From Zootoca vivipara (Eukaryota), in NCBI RefSeq assembly GCF_963506605.1, contig NC_083277.1:25606001-25670000 (forward strand): DNA of 64,000 nucleotides, read 5' to 3'. Under the pieces are notes generated by a model. The model did not search any database. It saw only the letters and a list, made by a program, of their open reading frames with translations, and was not told the origin of the DNA. A program made the translations under genes and the position numbers. Positions 52,434 through 64,000 of this stretch are shown in pieces; within the stretch, counting starts at the first letter, position 1; each line of letters begins with the position of its first letter.

Positions 52434-53857
52434 TATTTTAATCCATATTTCTTACTGGGTTGTTCCAAACCATACAGGAATATTGCGAAAGGTGGGGGAA
52501 GGTTAGAAATGGAAGCACGTCACATTGGAAAGATCAGGTTTTAATACCAAGTGGCCTATCTGACTGACTAGCACCCAGGGCTACTTGACCAACCCGCAGA
52601 TGAGATACACATTTAATCGTTCTACAGCTATGCTGATATGCATCTTAAGACGTAAGCAGAAAGATGCACATTGACCAAATGTAACATTAGCCACAGTCTG
52701 GGAGTAAGAGACTCATTTTCAGAACCCTAGCTTTCCACTATGCCGTATCATCTGAGTTTAGCGTTTTGTGAAAATCTTATGCGAAACTGCTCCATGCAAA
52801 ACCAATGGCCATTTCAGTGGACCAAACCTGGCTCATTCCTGCAAGCCACACCACACCCACAACTTCATTCTAGGATTGTACCACTTCTGAATCCAGGCAA
52901 GAGTTTCCCCCTAATAAGCAGTACGTCAGGAATGTTAAAACTATACCAGTTTCTCTTTGGCATCCTGCCTACAAGCAGGAAGTTCTTGATACAGGGCAGC
53001 ATTTCAACACAGTTGGCACATAAAACACCTGGGTTTGCTGCATTTGGGGGGGATGAAAGAATGTGACTTTGTAACTGCAAAATTATTAGGTGAGCTGATC
53101 TTCCAAATTCCGTACGGCGTTTAGGAAAACAAGCTCGCTCTGAAAGTCAGTATAAAATGCCCATGGAATTTGCAAATACAGAAAGGGATTCATCTAGCAA
53201 ATCTCAGAAGCCACCTGAAAGGTCTTCTACTCATGTAATGGGGCTTCCCCTTTCTTCTCCGCGCAAAATGGGCTCTGGTGGCATCAGGAAAACCCTCAGA
53301 ACATCATGCAAGGGAAGAGGAGGGAGGATTGTTCTGTCTGGCAAGCAGTTACGCTTGCACAGATGGAACACTCGACCTGGCATGATGTTGGATTCCACCC
53401 ACAAGCTCCAACTGAAAGTCAATATAATACATTAATAAGTAAGTAGTTTTATAAGGGATGGAAGCAACACCACTGGTGGTAAGGTCACGGACAAATGAAT
53501 GAGGACAAGTTAGACCTTCAAAACAAAGGAGTTTGTTTATGCCAATAAAAACCCAGAGTTTTCAACCAGCTAACTCAGAGGAGTTATTGTTTTTACAAAT
53601 GCTTAATTTCATAAACATGCCCAAGGAATACAGAGATAAATCACAAAGTAAACAACTCTGTATGTCGTTTACAAAAATTCATTAACAATAATGCACTTCA
53701 TTTTAACACCTTCGATTACATGAAATATTAAAGTATATACAGTATGCAATGCCAAAATAAGAATGACATGCACAAACTCAGTATCTCAAAGCCAAGCAGT
53801 CCAAATATTTCTGAAATAAGTCCATGCGAGAAATACAAGATACCTGGATTTCAATTT

Positions 53858-54000
53858 CTGTGCCTTTTTTCCCTTTAAAAATGTTTAGGGGTGCTCTTTT
53901 CCTACTCATATTGAAATACTGCCCCTCAATGAGGCCAAACTTAGATTCACAAAATGTTTAGGGATAGGCATACCCCTGCGTACCCCATAAAAAAGCACTG
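53858..54000. mobile_element. Small putative DNA-transposon remnant
   Basis: Termini ctgtgcctttttt / aaaaaagcactg are imperfect TIRs; no clear TSD. Confidence 0.45.
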
Positions 54001-54498
54001 CTTAAGATTTCATGCAATAGTTTTTTGTTTGGTTTTTAAAATTTCATGCAGGGCTCATTCTCAGTCTGGCACAGTGGGTGCTTCCGTCAATGAAAAGGCC
54101 CATGGACTTATTTCAGGAATATTTGGACTGCTTGGCTTTGAGATACTGAGTTGCGCATGTCATTATTTTTTTGGCATTGTGTATATTATTTAAGTTTTCA
54201 TGTAACAGAATATGTTGCAATGATGTGCATTATTGCTAATGAGGTTTTGTAAACTACATAGAGTTGTTTAGTTTGCAAATTCATAAATAGGCAACAAAAT
54301 AGCTCTTTCCAAACAGCAGAAGATTCTTAACACACAATTGCTGAGTATGGGTTGGTTCAGGTGTAATGCTAAAACATAGTTTAGCTTTAATTATCCAGAG
54401 TTAAGATTAACCACAGTTTAGGGTTCAGATTACATAGCAAGCTGTGGTTAATTTAAATCAGAAGCAGCAACTTCCTTCTCCTTTTGGTTGTGCTAGAC

Positions 54499-54634
54499 CT
54501 GGCATCCTCAAACTGCGGCCCTCCAGATGTTTTGGCCTACAACTCCCATGATCCCTAGCTAACAAGACCAGTGGTCGGGGAAGATGGGAATTATAGTCCA
54601 AAACATCTGGAGGGCCAAAGTTTGGGGATGCCTG
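54499..54634. mobile_element. ~136-bp hairpin hAT MITE
   Basis: Same family as 23026; TSD tgctagac / tgctaaag. Confidence 0.85.
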
Positions 54635-54836
54635 TGCTAAAGGAAAGATGGGGGGGGGGGCGTACATCAACCGAGGAAGGGACTAGGCTCATTATCATAA
54701 TGCAAAACAGTGGTTTACTATTACATCTGAATGCAGCCTATGGCAAAGTTGCTTCTTGCAAACAAGCAGATGTGCAAGTTCCCAAAATGAAGATCAGGGC
54801 CACTGCACTCCTCCTCCAGTCTTGCTGCTACTGCAG

Positions 54837-55013
54837 TAGAATAATAGAATCACAGGATTGTAGTGTTGGAAGGGATCCTGAGGGTCATCTAGTCCAACCC
54901 CCTGCAATGCAGGAATCTCAACTAAAACACACATGACAGAGAGCCACCCAACTTCTGCTTAAAACTCTTCAAGGAAGGAGAGTCCACCACCTCCCTAGGT
55001 GTCAAACAGCTCT
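54837..55013 (-). mobile_element. CR1 3' end
   Basis: tagaatc...gttggaaggg...atctagtccaaccccctgcaatgcaggaat...aaggaaggagagtccaccacctc. Confidence 0.8.
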
Positions 55014-55731
55014 TGCGTGTTTGCAGCTGCATAAAATTCCAAATGAAAATTCAAGTCCTGTTTAATGAGACCGCAATCAATTAAACATACATTCTGGTTC
55101 AAACCATGTTCACTCAGAAATCCCACTGCTTTCTGTAGTACTCGTTTCCAAAGATGTGTGCTTAGGATCATAAGACCCTGCAGATCTCCTAAATATTTTG
55201 CCCTTTATTTAATCAATGGCAGGATATTTTTAATATCTAACTCTCAAAGTAACAGATCTGAAGTCATCTGATTCTTGCAACAGGTTCCTCGACTGATAAA
55301 GGAATATACTAGCGGGGATGAGAAAAACACAGCCGTTTCAGCTAGGCGCCAACTTACGATTGCTATTTTTAGTCTATCTGATAGCTAAAAAGTCAGGAGA
55401 TCGCACAGGCAAGCTACCTGAAGTTCTTGTCACATTCTCTGCCAAAAGCTGCAGTTCAAAGCCTTAACTGCGAAGTCAAAGAAATGGGTTCTGCTAAGAT
55501 CACACTCATTTAGGTACCGTATATTGTTAACATAGGAAAATCCCTAACAGTTATAACTATAGGCTTTTATTGAGGGGCAGGGGGAAAGCAGCAAACAAAC
55601 GGTGAGCTGTGCATCCCTCAGATGCTAAAGATTTTGTGAATATGTATGTGCAGGAATTTTCTTGAGAAGAACCACCAATTTACACATCCCAATTCCTTCC
55701 CCCACCCCCGCCCATTGGTCGCCTCCTTCTA

Positions 55732-56064
<333 letters not shown>

Positions 56065-56358
56065 TCAGCTCCACTCGCCATAATCAAAGCCATTTCTCGT
56101 TCTTAGCTAACAGGGACAAATATTGTCCGCCCCGCACCCCTCCCTGCCCTCCAACTGAAAGAAAAAGCATTCAAAAGATGTCGTGAAACTTATTCATGTT
56201 TGAATTTTAAAACCAAAGAACCAAAGCCTGCCTTTTTGAGGTGCACCAGGCGTACAAGGACTAAAACAAAAGACGACTGTGGTGAATTGGGGGCAGTGGC
56301 CGTGGGGGGGGGGAAGCCTTCATCTCATTACATTTGAATTTCAATTAGTAGCTTTGAA

Positions 56359-56432
<74 letters not shown>
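56359..56432. repeat. (CA)n(GA)n microsatellite
   Basis: Read directly. Confidence 0.95.
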
Positions 56433-56434
<2 letters not shown>

Positions 56435-56776
56435 GGAAGCAGTCACATAATGCTGTGCCAGATTGAGAGTGAGCCCTGCATGAAATACATTTTTAAAAAA
56501 CTCAGTTCTTAACATCACCCAGAAAAGTGATGGAAGACTAGCATGACCTGCTTTAATACACATCCTCAATGGGTAGCAGTTAAACAATTTTTTAATTTTT
56601 TAAAAAAGAAAGTGCTCTCCAAAAAAGGGGGGGGAACTTTGCCAAAAGATAAGGGGAACGGCAACACGTGGCATCTGCTTTGCCAAGGCAGGCTTTTGGC
56701 TTGTCTAGGTCAGGGAGAATGGGGACAAAAGGCATCTGATACGCACATTTTTGGAGGCACACCAGACATGCGTGCT

Positions 56777-56777
<1 letters not shown>

Positions 56778-56823
<46 letters not shown>
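56778..56823. repeat. (CA)n microsatellite
   Basis: Read directly. Confidence 0.95.
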
Positions 56824-56825
<2 letters not shown>

Positions 56826-56923
56826 TACTTGGACACTGCAAACTAAACCTAACCTACATCAGAGCAGGTTTACAGGGGAGGCTCTCCAAAGTCAAGATTA
56901 CGGGGTGCCAATCCTTAAACTAA

Positions 56924-57107
56924 GGCCACCATTGGACCTACAATTTCCACCGGTCCCTGGGAAGAGGGATTAAACCACTCTGGGAACTGTAACTCTGTGA
57001 GGGGGTGATGGGGGCCTTAACAAATGACAGGATTCTTTGCGGGAAGCCATGACTATTTAAGTGAAGTACAGGTAAGAGTGCTTTCAATGCAGGGTGTGGA
57101 TGTGGCC
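56924..57107. mobile_element. Putative PIF/Harbinger-type MITE
   Basis: taa|ggccac...gtggcc|tta: short TIR with a TWA flank on each side. Confidence 0.45.
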
Positions 57108-57113
57108 TTAGAT

Positions 57114-57249
57114 CAGGCATCCCCAACCTTCGGCCCTGCAGATGTTTTGGACTACAATTCCCATCATCCCTGACCACTGGTCCTGTTAGCTAGGGATCAT
57201 GGGAGCTGTAGGCCAAAACATCTAGAGGGCCGCAGGTTGGGGGTGCCTG
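57114..57249. mobile_element. ~136-bp hairpin hAT MITE
   Basis: TIRs caggcatccccaacct / aggttgggggtgcctg; perfect TSD ccttagat. Confidence 0.9.
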
Positions 57250-57649
57250 CCTTAGATCGTTCAGGGAACAGGGATGGGCGGAGAGACAAGGCTTTGCAGC
57301 CTCCTCCAGAGACATGTCATGTAACACGTGTGTGTTGCACGTGTGACGTCATGCGAGCACAATGAGGTATCTGCCTCCCCCCAAAAATGTTGGGTGGAAC
57401 TCAGTGCGTATCCATATGTAAGATCTCAGTTTATATATATGGCATGTACGCAAACCAGTGTTTGCTCACACACTTTTAATCCTGGCCACACACTCTTTAG
57501 TTTAAAGCTAACAAGTGTTAACATTGGTGAAGATGTGCTACTGTGCCACAGTTTACACCCAAAAGGAAAGAAATGAAACTCATGTGAGACAGCATGAGGT
57601 TAGAGGTTAGAGGTCAGAGATGGAGTGGGAGTTCAATCTTTTGCAGGAT

Positions 57650-57820
57650 TCATAGAATCATAGAATCATAGAGTTGGAAGAGACCACAAGGGTCATCCAG
57701 TCCAACCCCCTGCCAAGCAGGAAACACCACCAAAGCATTCTTGACATATGCCTGTCAAGCCTCTGCTTAAAGACCTCCAAAGAAGGAGACTCCACCACAC
57801 TCCTTGGTAGCAAATTCCAC
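57650..57820 (-). mobile_element. CR1 3' end
   Basis: (catagaat)n tail; same subfamily as 49924-50381. Confidence 0.9.
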
Positions 57821-59026
57821 GTATGTACAAAATGTAAGTCCAGTTGAAGATGTGAGAGGAATGGGTTCAAGCCTGATTTCCCTTCACTGAACCCTGACCA
57901 AAGGTTAATACAAACAGCACAAGGGAGTTAAAGAGTCAGGTTTAAAAGTTATTAGAAATATCTACTGTACAAGCAGAGGTTCGTTGTTCGGAAGAACTAC
58001 AGTTGTCTCAATAAAACCCTTTAGCAGATCCAAGATGTTGAGAATATCACAGAGTAAGGGGATCTCCTGATACGGGCGAGGATTTGCAATATTGCCTGAT
58101 TTTACTGCTGCCAGCGTTTTAGGTGAACAAGATCTACTGCAATGGTCTGCTTCAGCTCTGAATTAACCTCTTAGTTGTGTAACTAAGTCAAAATCAAGCT
58201 ATCAGCTCCGGGTAATTTTCACATATAAAAGGAGTCCAGTCTGGGATAGAAAGCTTCATTTTGCAGCACAAAGATAAGATTGTATATTGTGCATTCTTTC
58301 CTCTTCTCTTCTCTTCCCATTCCTTTTTCCTTGTGTATCGTGTCCACTGGTTTGTGAGCCTGCAAACAGGGACTGTCTTTTGCTTTAATATTTTCACAGT
58401 GTTCTGAAAATGTTAGGGAGTATTATAAGGTGTGTGTTTTTAACATCAGTAAACACATTGTTCTTATTACATTCTTCTTCTTTCCTTTCTATAATGAGCT
58501 TAGGGGGACATAAAGGACTCCCCCTGTTTACTCTCACAAGCACCATGTGAGCTCGTCCATGCTAAGTAAGATACAGTGTTTGAGAGTTATGGCATAGCAG
58601 AGATTTGAACCCAGGCCCCAGGCCAACACTCTGCTCAGTTCCACACCACATTGGCTCTAACATCTTAGAGAAATTCAGAATTCCAGGCTCGGGCCATGGC
58701 AGGAAGTTTATTTCCAAGTTTCCATGGGGTGGAGGTGGTTGTGGGGCAACGGCCCCAATCTGCTTTTAAAGGACGATTCCAAATCTCAATGCGCCCCATT
58801 CAAATCTCTGTAACGAAGCATAAAGTTTTCATCTCCACAGGAGGAGGAGTACCTTTAACTCATCCTTCATTTTGAATCTTGAATGAATGCATCTCGAATA
58901 CATGCATTATTGATACAAAGGAAACAACTTATTCTACTAAAAGCCTTAATGGGAATAAGGAAGGTATGACAGACCCGCTTTTTATTAGAGAAGGTATTTC
59001 AGTGCTCTATATAAAGCCAAAAAACC

Positions 59027-59114
59027 GGGGGGGGGGGGAGAGAGAGAGAGAAGGGAAGGAAGGAAGGAAGGGAGGAAGGGAGGGAGGGAGGAAGGAAGGG
59101 AGGAAGAGAGGAAA
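59027..59114. repeat. Polypurine tract: G run, (GA)n, (GGAA/GGGA)n
   Basis: About 88 consecutive purines. Confidence 0.9.
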
Positions 59115-60576
59115 GAACCAACACTTCATTGCTCTTTTCTTTGCTCTGTTTTATAGAGGAGACTGAGGCTGACATGCCTGTTGAAAAAAAATCTCCAAGC
59201 AGACTTCTCCTAAACTGCCATAATCCCTCTAGTGCTGCTCTAGCTCAGCTCCCATATGTTTCAACAGGACTTTGAAGCTGCAGCCAATAAATGAGTTGGT
59301 ATCCAAAGCAGAGAGCTTTCCACAGGAGATTTCCTCTCCCCTGTACCCTCCACTGCACTCATTGTTCAAATTTCAAAACAAGTTTTCAAACTGGTATGCA
59401 TGCAACGTAACAAGAGGTTGGGAAGTCTACATCCCGATTCCCATTCCTGGGCTGGGTTGAACAAATGAAACCTAGAATACTCCCAACACAAGATTCCTAG
59501 CTTACCCCACAAATTCCTACTGCTTGATTTGCAGTGAAACATGTTCCTGCTGCTTCTGTTTTTGTGACATTCGGTACTGGGTTCCAGTTTGGTCGTCACT
59601 TAAGTTCTGCAGCCTGTAACCCCATACGCTCTTTAGGAATGTAAGAATCACCTTTCACATCTTAATTCAACACCGCGGAAAATTAGATGAGGATCCAACC
59701 AGTGCGTAAAGAGCATAAACGGTACGCTCCCTTTTCAAAAGGGGGGACAAAGTTAACCTGGCTTCAGTCAGCAGCAGTAATTAAAGGTTAAGTTTGGTTT
59801 TCTAACAAGGTGGAGACACAAATGTCAAAACAGATGCCAAATGTTTCACTGCCGTGTGCCTATGTCACTGACTGCAAGCAGAAATACACATCAAACCCCT
59901 GATAACCTTCTAGGAGGCCGTCTATTCGGTTTCTTTTTTCTTGATAATCACCTAACTGGTGAAATAGTTATCATGCTTCATCCTCTGTTAAAGGCTATCT
60001 CCTTTCCCCAGGAGTAGGAAAATTACCATCCCTTTTCAGGTATTCATTTTTATGGGAGGGGGGGTAGGTAGATAAAATGGAAGCTTATGGGGAGGGGGGA
60101 AGCAATAAATACATAAAATTAAAATGGCATGGAAATTAAAAAGGTAAAGATAAATGGCCCCTAGATACAAGGACAGGTAAAACTGGCTAGGGGGCAATTC
60201 TATCACTCATAAATGAAACATTCCAAATCTGCTAACTGTGACTATCTGGCAGCTAAAATGCTGAGCTGATCCAGAGATCTGTTGTATGGGATGAATGTCG
60301 ATGGGAATGCTACCCTGATTTCAAAGCCCCCTCCATTGTATCCCATTTGTTCTTTTCACCTCCTAATAATGTAAATTGCCTCAGTCAACCACTTACGAAG
60401 AACAAGTACCACCCTATGATTTAGCACAACACACCCACTGCAAATAAGGAGAACAGTCAAAGCAAAGCGCATGTACTGTAGAACAAATCAACCTGCAGTC
60501 TGGAGACCTACTCATTCAAAGCTAAAAAAAGAGGAAGGGGGAGGAGAGAAAAGGCATTCAAGGAAACACAGCACCA

Positions 60577-60803
60577 CAGTGTTACCTCGGGTTACAAACA
60601 CTTTGGGTTACAAACTTCACTAACCTAGAAGTAGTACCTCGGGTTAAGAACTTTATCTCAGGATGAGAACAGAAATCGTGCGCCGGTGGCACGGCAGCAG
60701 CGGGAGGCCCCCATTAGCTAAAGTGGTACCTCAGGTTAAGAACGGTTTCAGGTTAAGAACGGACCTCCGGAACGAATTAAGTTCGTAACCAGAGGTACCA
60801 CTG
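60577..60803. mobile_element. Tc1/mariner (Tigger/pogo-like) MITE
   Basis: cagtgttacctcgggttac ... gtaaccagaggtaccactg|ta; ggttaagaac repeats. Confidence 0.85.
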
Positions 60804-61053
60804 TACTTGGAGGGGGGAACCCAATAAAAATGCCCAATCAATATCTAATCATCGTCTTGGTTTGCACATGCATTTGCATTTCGCTGTGGATGCAAAAGTG
60901 GTTTTATTTATTTAAACAAATTTATTAAAACTGTTTGGATGCCACCTTTTATTTCACAGAAATACTAAGGCAGTTTACAGAAATAAGACAACAGGCAGCA
61001 TATAAGAAAACATAACACAAAAACCGTATTAATAAAGCAGAAATATTGTCATT

Positions 61054-61054
<1 letters not shown>

Positions 61055-61109
<55 letters not shown>

Positions 61110-61115
61110 CAACAA
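61055..61115. repeat. (AAT)n(AAC)n microsatellite
   Basis: Read directly. Confidence 0.93.
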
Positions 61116-61718
61116 CTACATGTATGGACTGCTGCCCTTCATCCGTAGCTCTCAGAGCAGTTCGCAACGTGAAAATACAATATGGAAATAAAACAGTATG
61201 AATTGTAGTAGCCAGAAATGCCAAAAACTGATACGGTCAGAAAAAGTTCAGGTAACAAGGTAAGTTTTTAATTGTTGACAGAAGCACCTAATAGTTGGAG
61301 CCCATCTCGCCTCTTTCGGATATCAATCTGCCACAATTTAGTGATAAAGTTAAAATGCCTTTGATTTTATTTTTCGTTTTCTTTTATTTTAGGTTATTTA
61401 CCGGTATGTACCTATAGCACCTGACATATAAAACAGATCTAAGTAGTGTGGGATAAGTCTAAAAAGACAAATATGAAGCCTCAATGCAAATCTATGCAAT
61501 GCTAATAAATATATACAGGTAAGGTATCAGTAAGAGAACTGGGTACCAATCGTCACCCACCTTCTAATTTGCCTTCCCACGCACCTCCTCTCATGTTCCT
61601 GGCTCTCCCTCAGGACTCAGCCCATGCACCCTGGTTCTTAGCCAGAGCCCAAATAACCCACAAGTCACCCCAAAATCTCTTTCGGCAAAGAGGGTCCACT
61701 GAACCTGTTGGCCTCAAC

Positions 61719-62452
61719 CAGGCCCGTCTCAAGGATAGCAGGTGCCGTGGTTCAAAGGTCCCTCCGGCGCCCCCCCTCGTGTCACCTTTTTACAGCTCCC
61801 ACCGCCATGCCCTGAGGGCCGCTTCACCGAGGGGAAGATGGGAAAGGCAAGAGGCAGCTGCTGCCGCAAGGTGCCTGAAGAGCTCGTGTGGGGAGGGAGG
61901 AGGGGGGACAAGGAGGACAGGGCCCCCGGGGAGCGCGCTGGGACAACAATAGGGCTGCTTGGGCTGCGGAGAGGGCAGGGGGAGATTTTTCTTCACACCC
62001 CGTCGAGGAAGGGGTGTGAGGAGAGGAGGAGAGTGCTGTAGCCGCCCCCCGCGGGGAAAGGAGCTGTGGCTCCGGGAGAAGGAGGGCGAGCTGAGGAAAC
62101 GCCGGTGTGGGAACTCCTGAGCTGGCGTGAGGCGGAGGTCTTGGGAATGCGCACTGGGCAGCGGGGGGATTTGGGGTGCCTGCCGCCTGGGCTGCTCTGG
62201 CGGTGGCCAAGGTCTTTTCGCTGCCGCAGCTCCTGAAAAAACGGCAATCTGGTCTATGCGGGCAGCAGCTGGAGGGTGGCTCCTCTGGCGGTACGGAGGC
62301 TCTGGGCGCCGTACAGCATGACAGAGGCGGGCGAGGGTGGCGAGCTGATGCGGAGAGGCGCCGCATCCAGCCTCCACCTCTTCTGTGGCGCCCTCCAGAA
62401 CTGGGCGCAATGGTTCCCTGCGCCACTAGCCTCTATGGCTAAGACGCCCCTG
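61719..62452. mobile_element. 734-bp GC/CpG-rich non-autonomous hAT element
   Basis: TIRs caggcccgtct / agacgcccctg; perfect 8-bp TSD gcctcaac. Confidence 0.88.
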
Positions 62453-63974
62453 GCCTCAACCTAGTTTCTCACTGTAGGCTGCCCACAGCAATCAATGAGT
62501 GGGACTCTGCACACTCAAGTTCCAGGCTACAGAGGGGTGTTTGTTTCACCCCTCCACTGATACTTCTTTCTCCAGCCTTTGCACACCTCTTCTCTTCCAG
62601 CTGCACATTGCAGCGACTCTACTGGAAAGTCTGCACCCATGATTCATACGGTAATACAGCGGTTACCAAAGTATGTCAGGGACAAGCTTGCTTGACTGAG
62701 CTTCTTCAACCAAGAGCAACAAAAAACAGACCCACAACACCTCACACCTGACCATTTGCACAGCAGTTTCTAGCCATATGCATCTAGCCAAAGTTCAACT
62801 AGATTCAAGCGACAACAGAGGCGATCATAGCATAGGACACACATGGGGTGGTTCACATGTAACACTAAACCAGGGATTTAATACTGTGTCTAGCATAAGG
62901 AATCTGTGAGCTTCCAGGCACTGCTGAGACTCGCATGTTCCCTCCAGCCCCAACCAATATAACCCAATGGGCAAGAATGATGGAAGCTGGAGTCCGGAAA
63001 CTTCTGGAAGCCGACAGGTTCCCCTGTGCTACACTGGACCAAATGGACACCGGACATGTTCCCCTCCCTTCTTCAATGCCAGGACAGCAATTCAGAAACA
63101 TTTGGTGAGCAGGTGTGTAGAACCATTAATACAGATATCATAGGAGGGACCACAAAATAATGTTATTATTTGTAACCTGCCCATCTAACTGGGTGGCCCC
63201 AGTCTAACATATATAAAAACATAGTGGCATCATTACATCAACATTTTCTCTACAATGCAAAGGACAATCAGTTAACAGGCAGGGGTGGAAAAAATCCACT
63301 CATGTCTTTGGTAACGTTTGGTTCCAGCCAAAGATAATTTGTAAGGTTTTCATGGAGTGGAAAATTGTACTGTTTGATTGGTTGCTGTGTTGCAGGACTG
63401 TAATTTATCAAAAGTTAGTGAGTGGATTAGATTTCACAATTTACCCTTTGATGCCTTTTACACAGATCCACATTTATCGTTATCCTTTAGGTTCCTTTGG
63501 ATAAGACAAAGTTACCTTAGTTCCCCAAATATTATCTCAGGAATCCACAGACCGTTAAATTACAGCCCAAATAACAGTGCAGCAGTGAGCAACATTCAGC
63601 TTTCTAACAACGCAGAATCATAATAGCTCCTTTCTCACGGCCGGTAAAATGAGTGGCCTTCAGTGGACAAAATGAAATCTCAACAATGCATTCATCATAA
63701 CTTCAACTTTCTGAAATTAAAAGGCCACTGCCAACCCTTGTCAAGGACAAATTGCATCGTGTTGGAAATAAGTTGAAAAGTAATAAAGACCAAAGAAATA
63801 ATAATCACCAACACCTTTTAAAAGTAGAACGTACACAACACCGATGTTATTTCAAAAAGAAAACTATCAAGGCCTTAAAAAGTTTTAAAAGAGCGTAAGC
63901 ATAAGGATAAAATAAAATATTCCACTGCATTAGATCTTGGTGATCTAATGGGGTTAAAGGAGCCATTAGGATTA

Positions 63975-64000
63975 CAGTGGTACATCGGGTTAAGAACTTA
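63975..64000. mobile_element. Start of a Tc1/mariner MITE cut by the window edge
   Basis: ta|cagtggtacatcgggttaagaactta, same family as 60577-60803. Confidence 0.7.

Noticed and set aside
61569-62464. CpG island and long ORFs as a host gene promoter or first exon
   Set aside because: The GC-rich part is bounded exactly by TIRs and an 8-bp TSD; long ORFs are expected where stop codons are rare.

Overview
Vertebrate (squamate, probably lacertid lizard) nuclear DNA lying entirely inside the MAGI1 gene on the minus strand. Ten internal coding exons were located by hand: 55964-55758, 51890-51677, 48965-48883, 44618-44583, 34967-34910, 28352-28246, 25981-25889, 20981-20799, 19083-18463 and 575-544. 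They total 1634 nt, splice in one uninterrupted frame, and encode the end of the GK-like region, WW1, WW2, a short polyQ, PDZ1 and PDZ2. Neither start nor stop codon is in the window. The introns are dense in transposons: Sauria SINEs, a young BovB/RTE fragment, CR1 and L2 3' fragments, Penelope remnants with hammerhead ribozyme cores, tRNA-headed CR1-tailed SINEs, many hAT MITEs with 8-bp TSDs, Tc1/mariner MITEs and microsatellites. I cannot show a new protein-coding system. The best leads are RNA-level or mobile-element-level: a palindromic double-hammerhead element, SINEs with different tRNA heads on one CR1 tail, near-identical inverted CR1 copies bracketing a stop-free 504-nt exon block, a perfect 27-bp hairpin, a triplicated hAT target site, and unusual splice signals (GC donor, three tandem acceptors, a UG tract at an acceptor). 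Repeat family names and comparisons with human MAGI1 come from memory, not from a database search.
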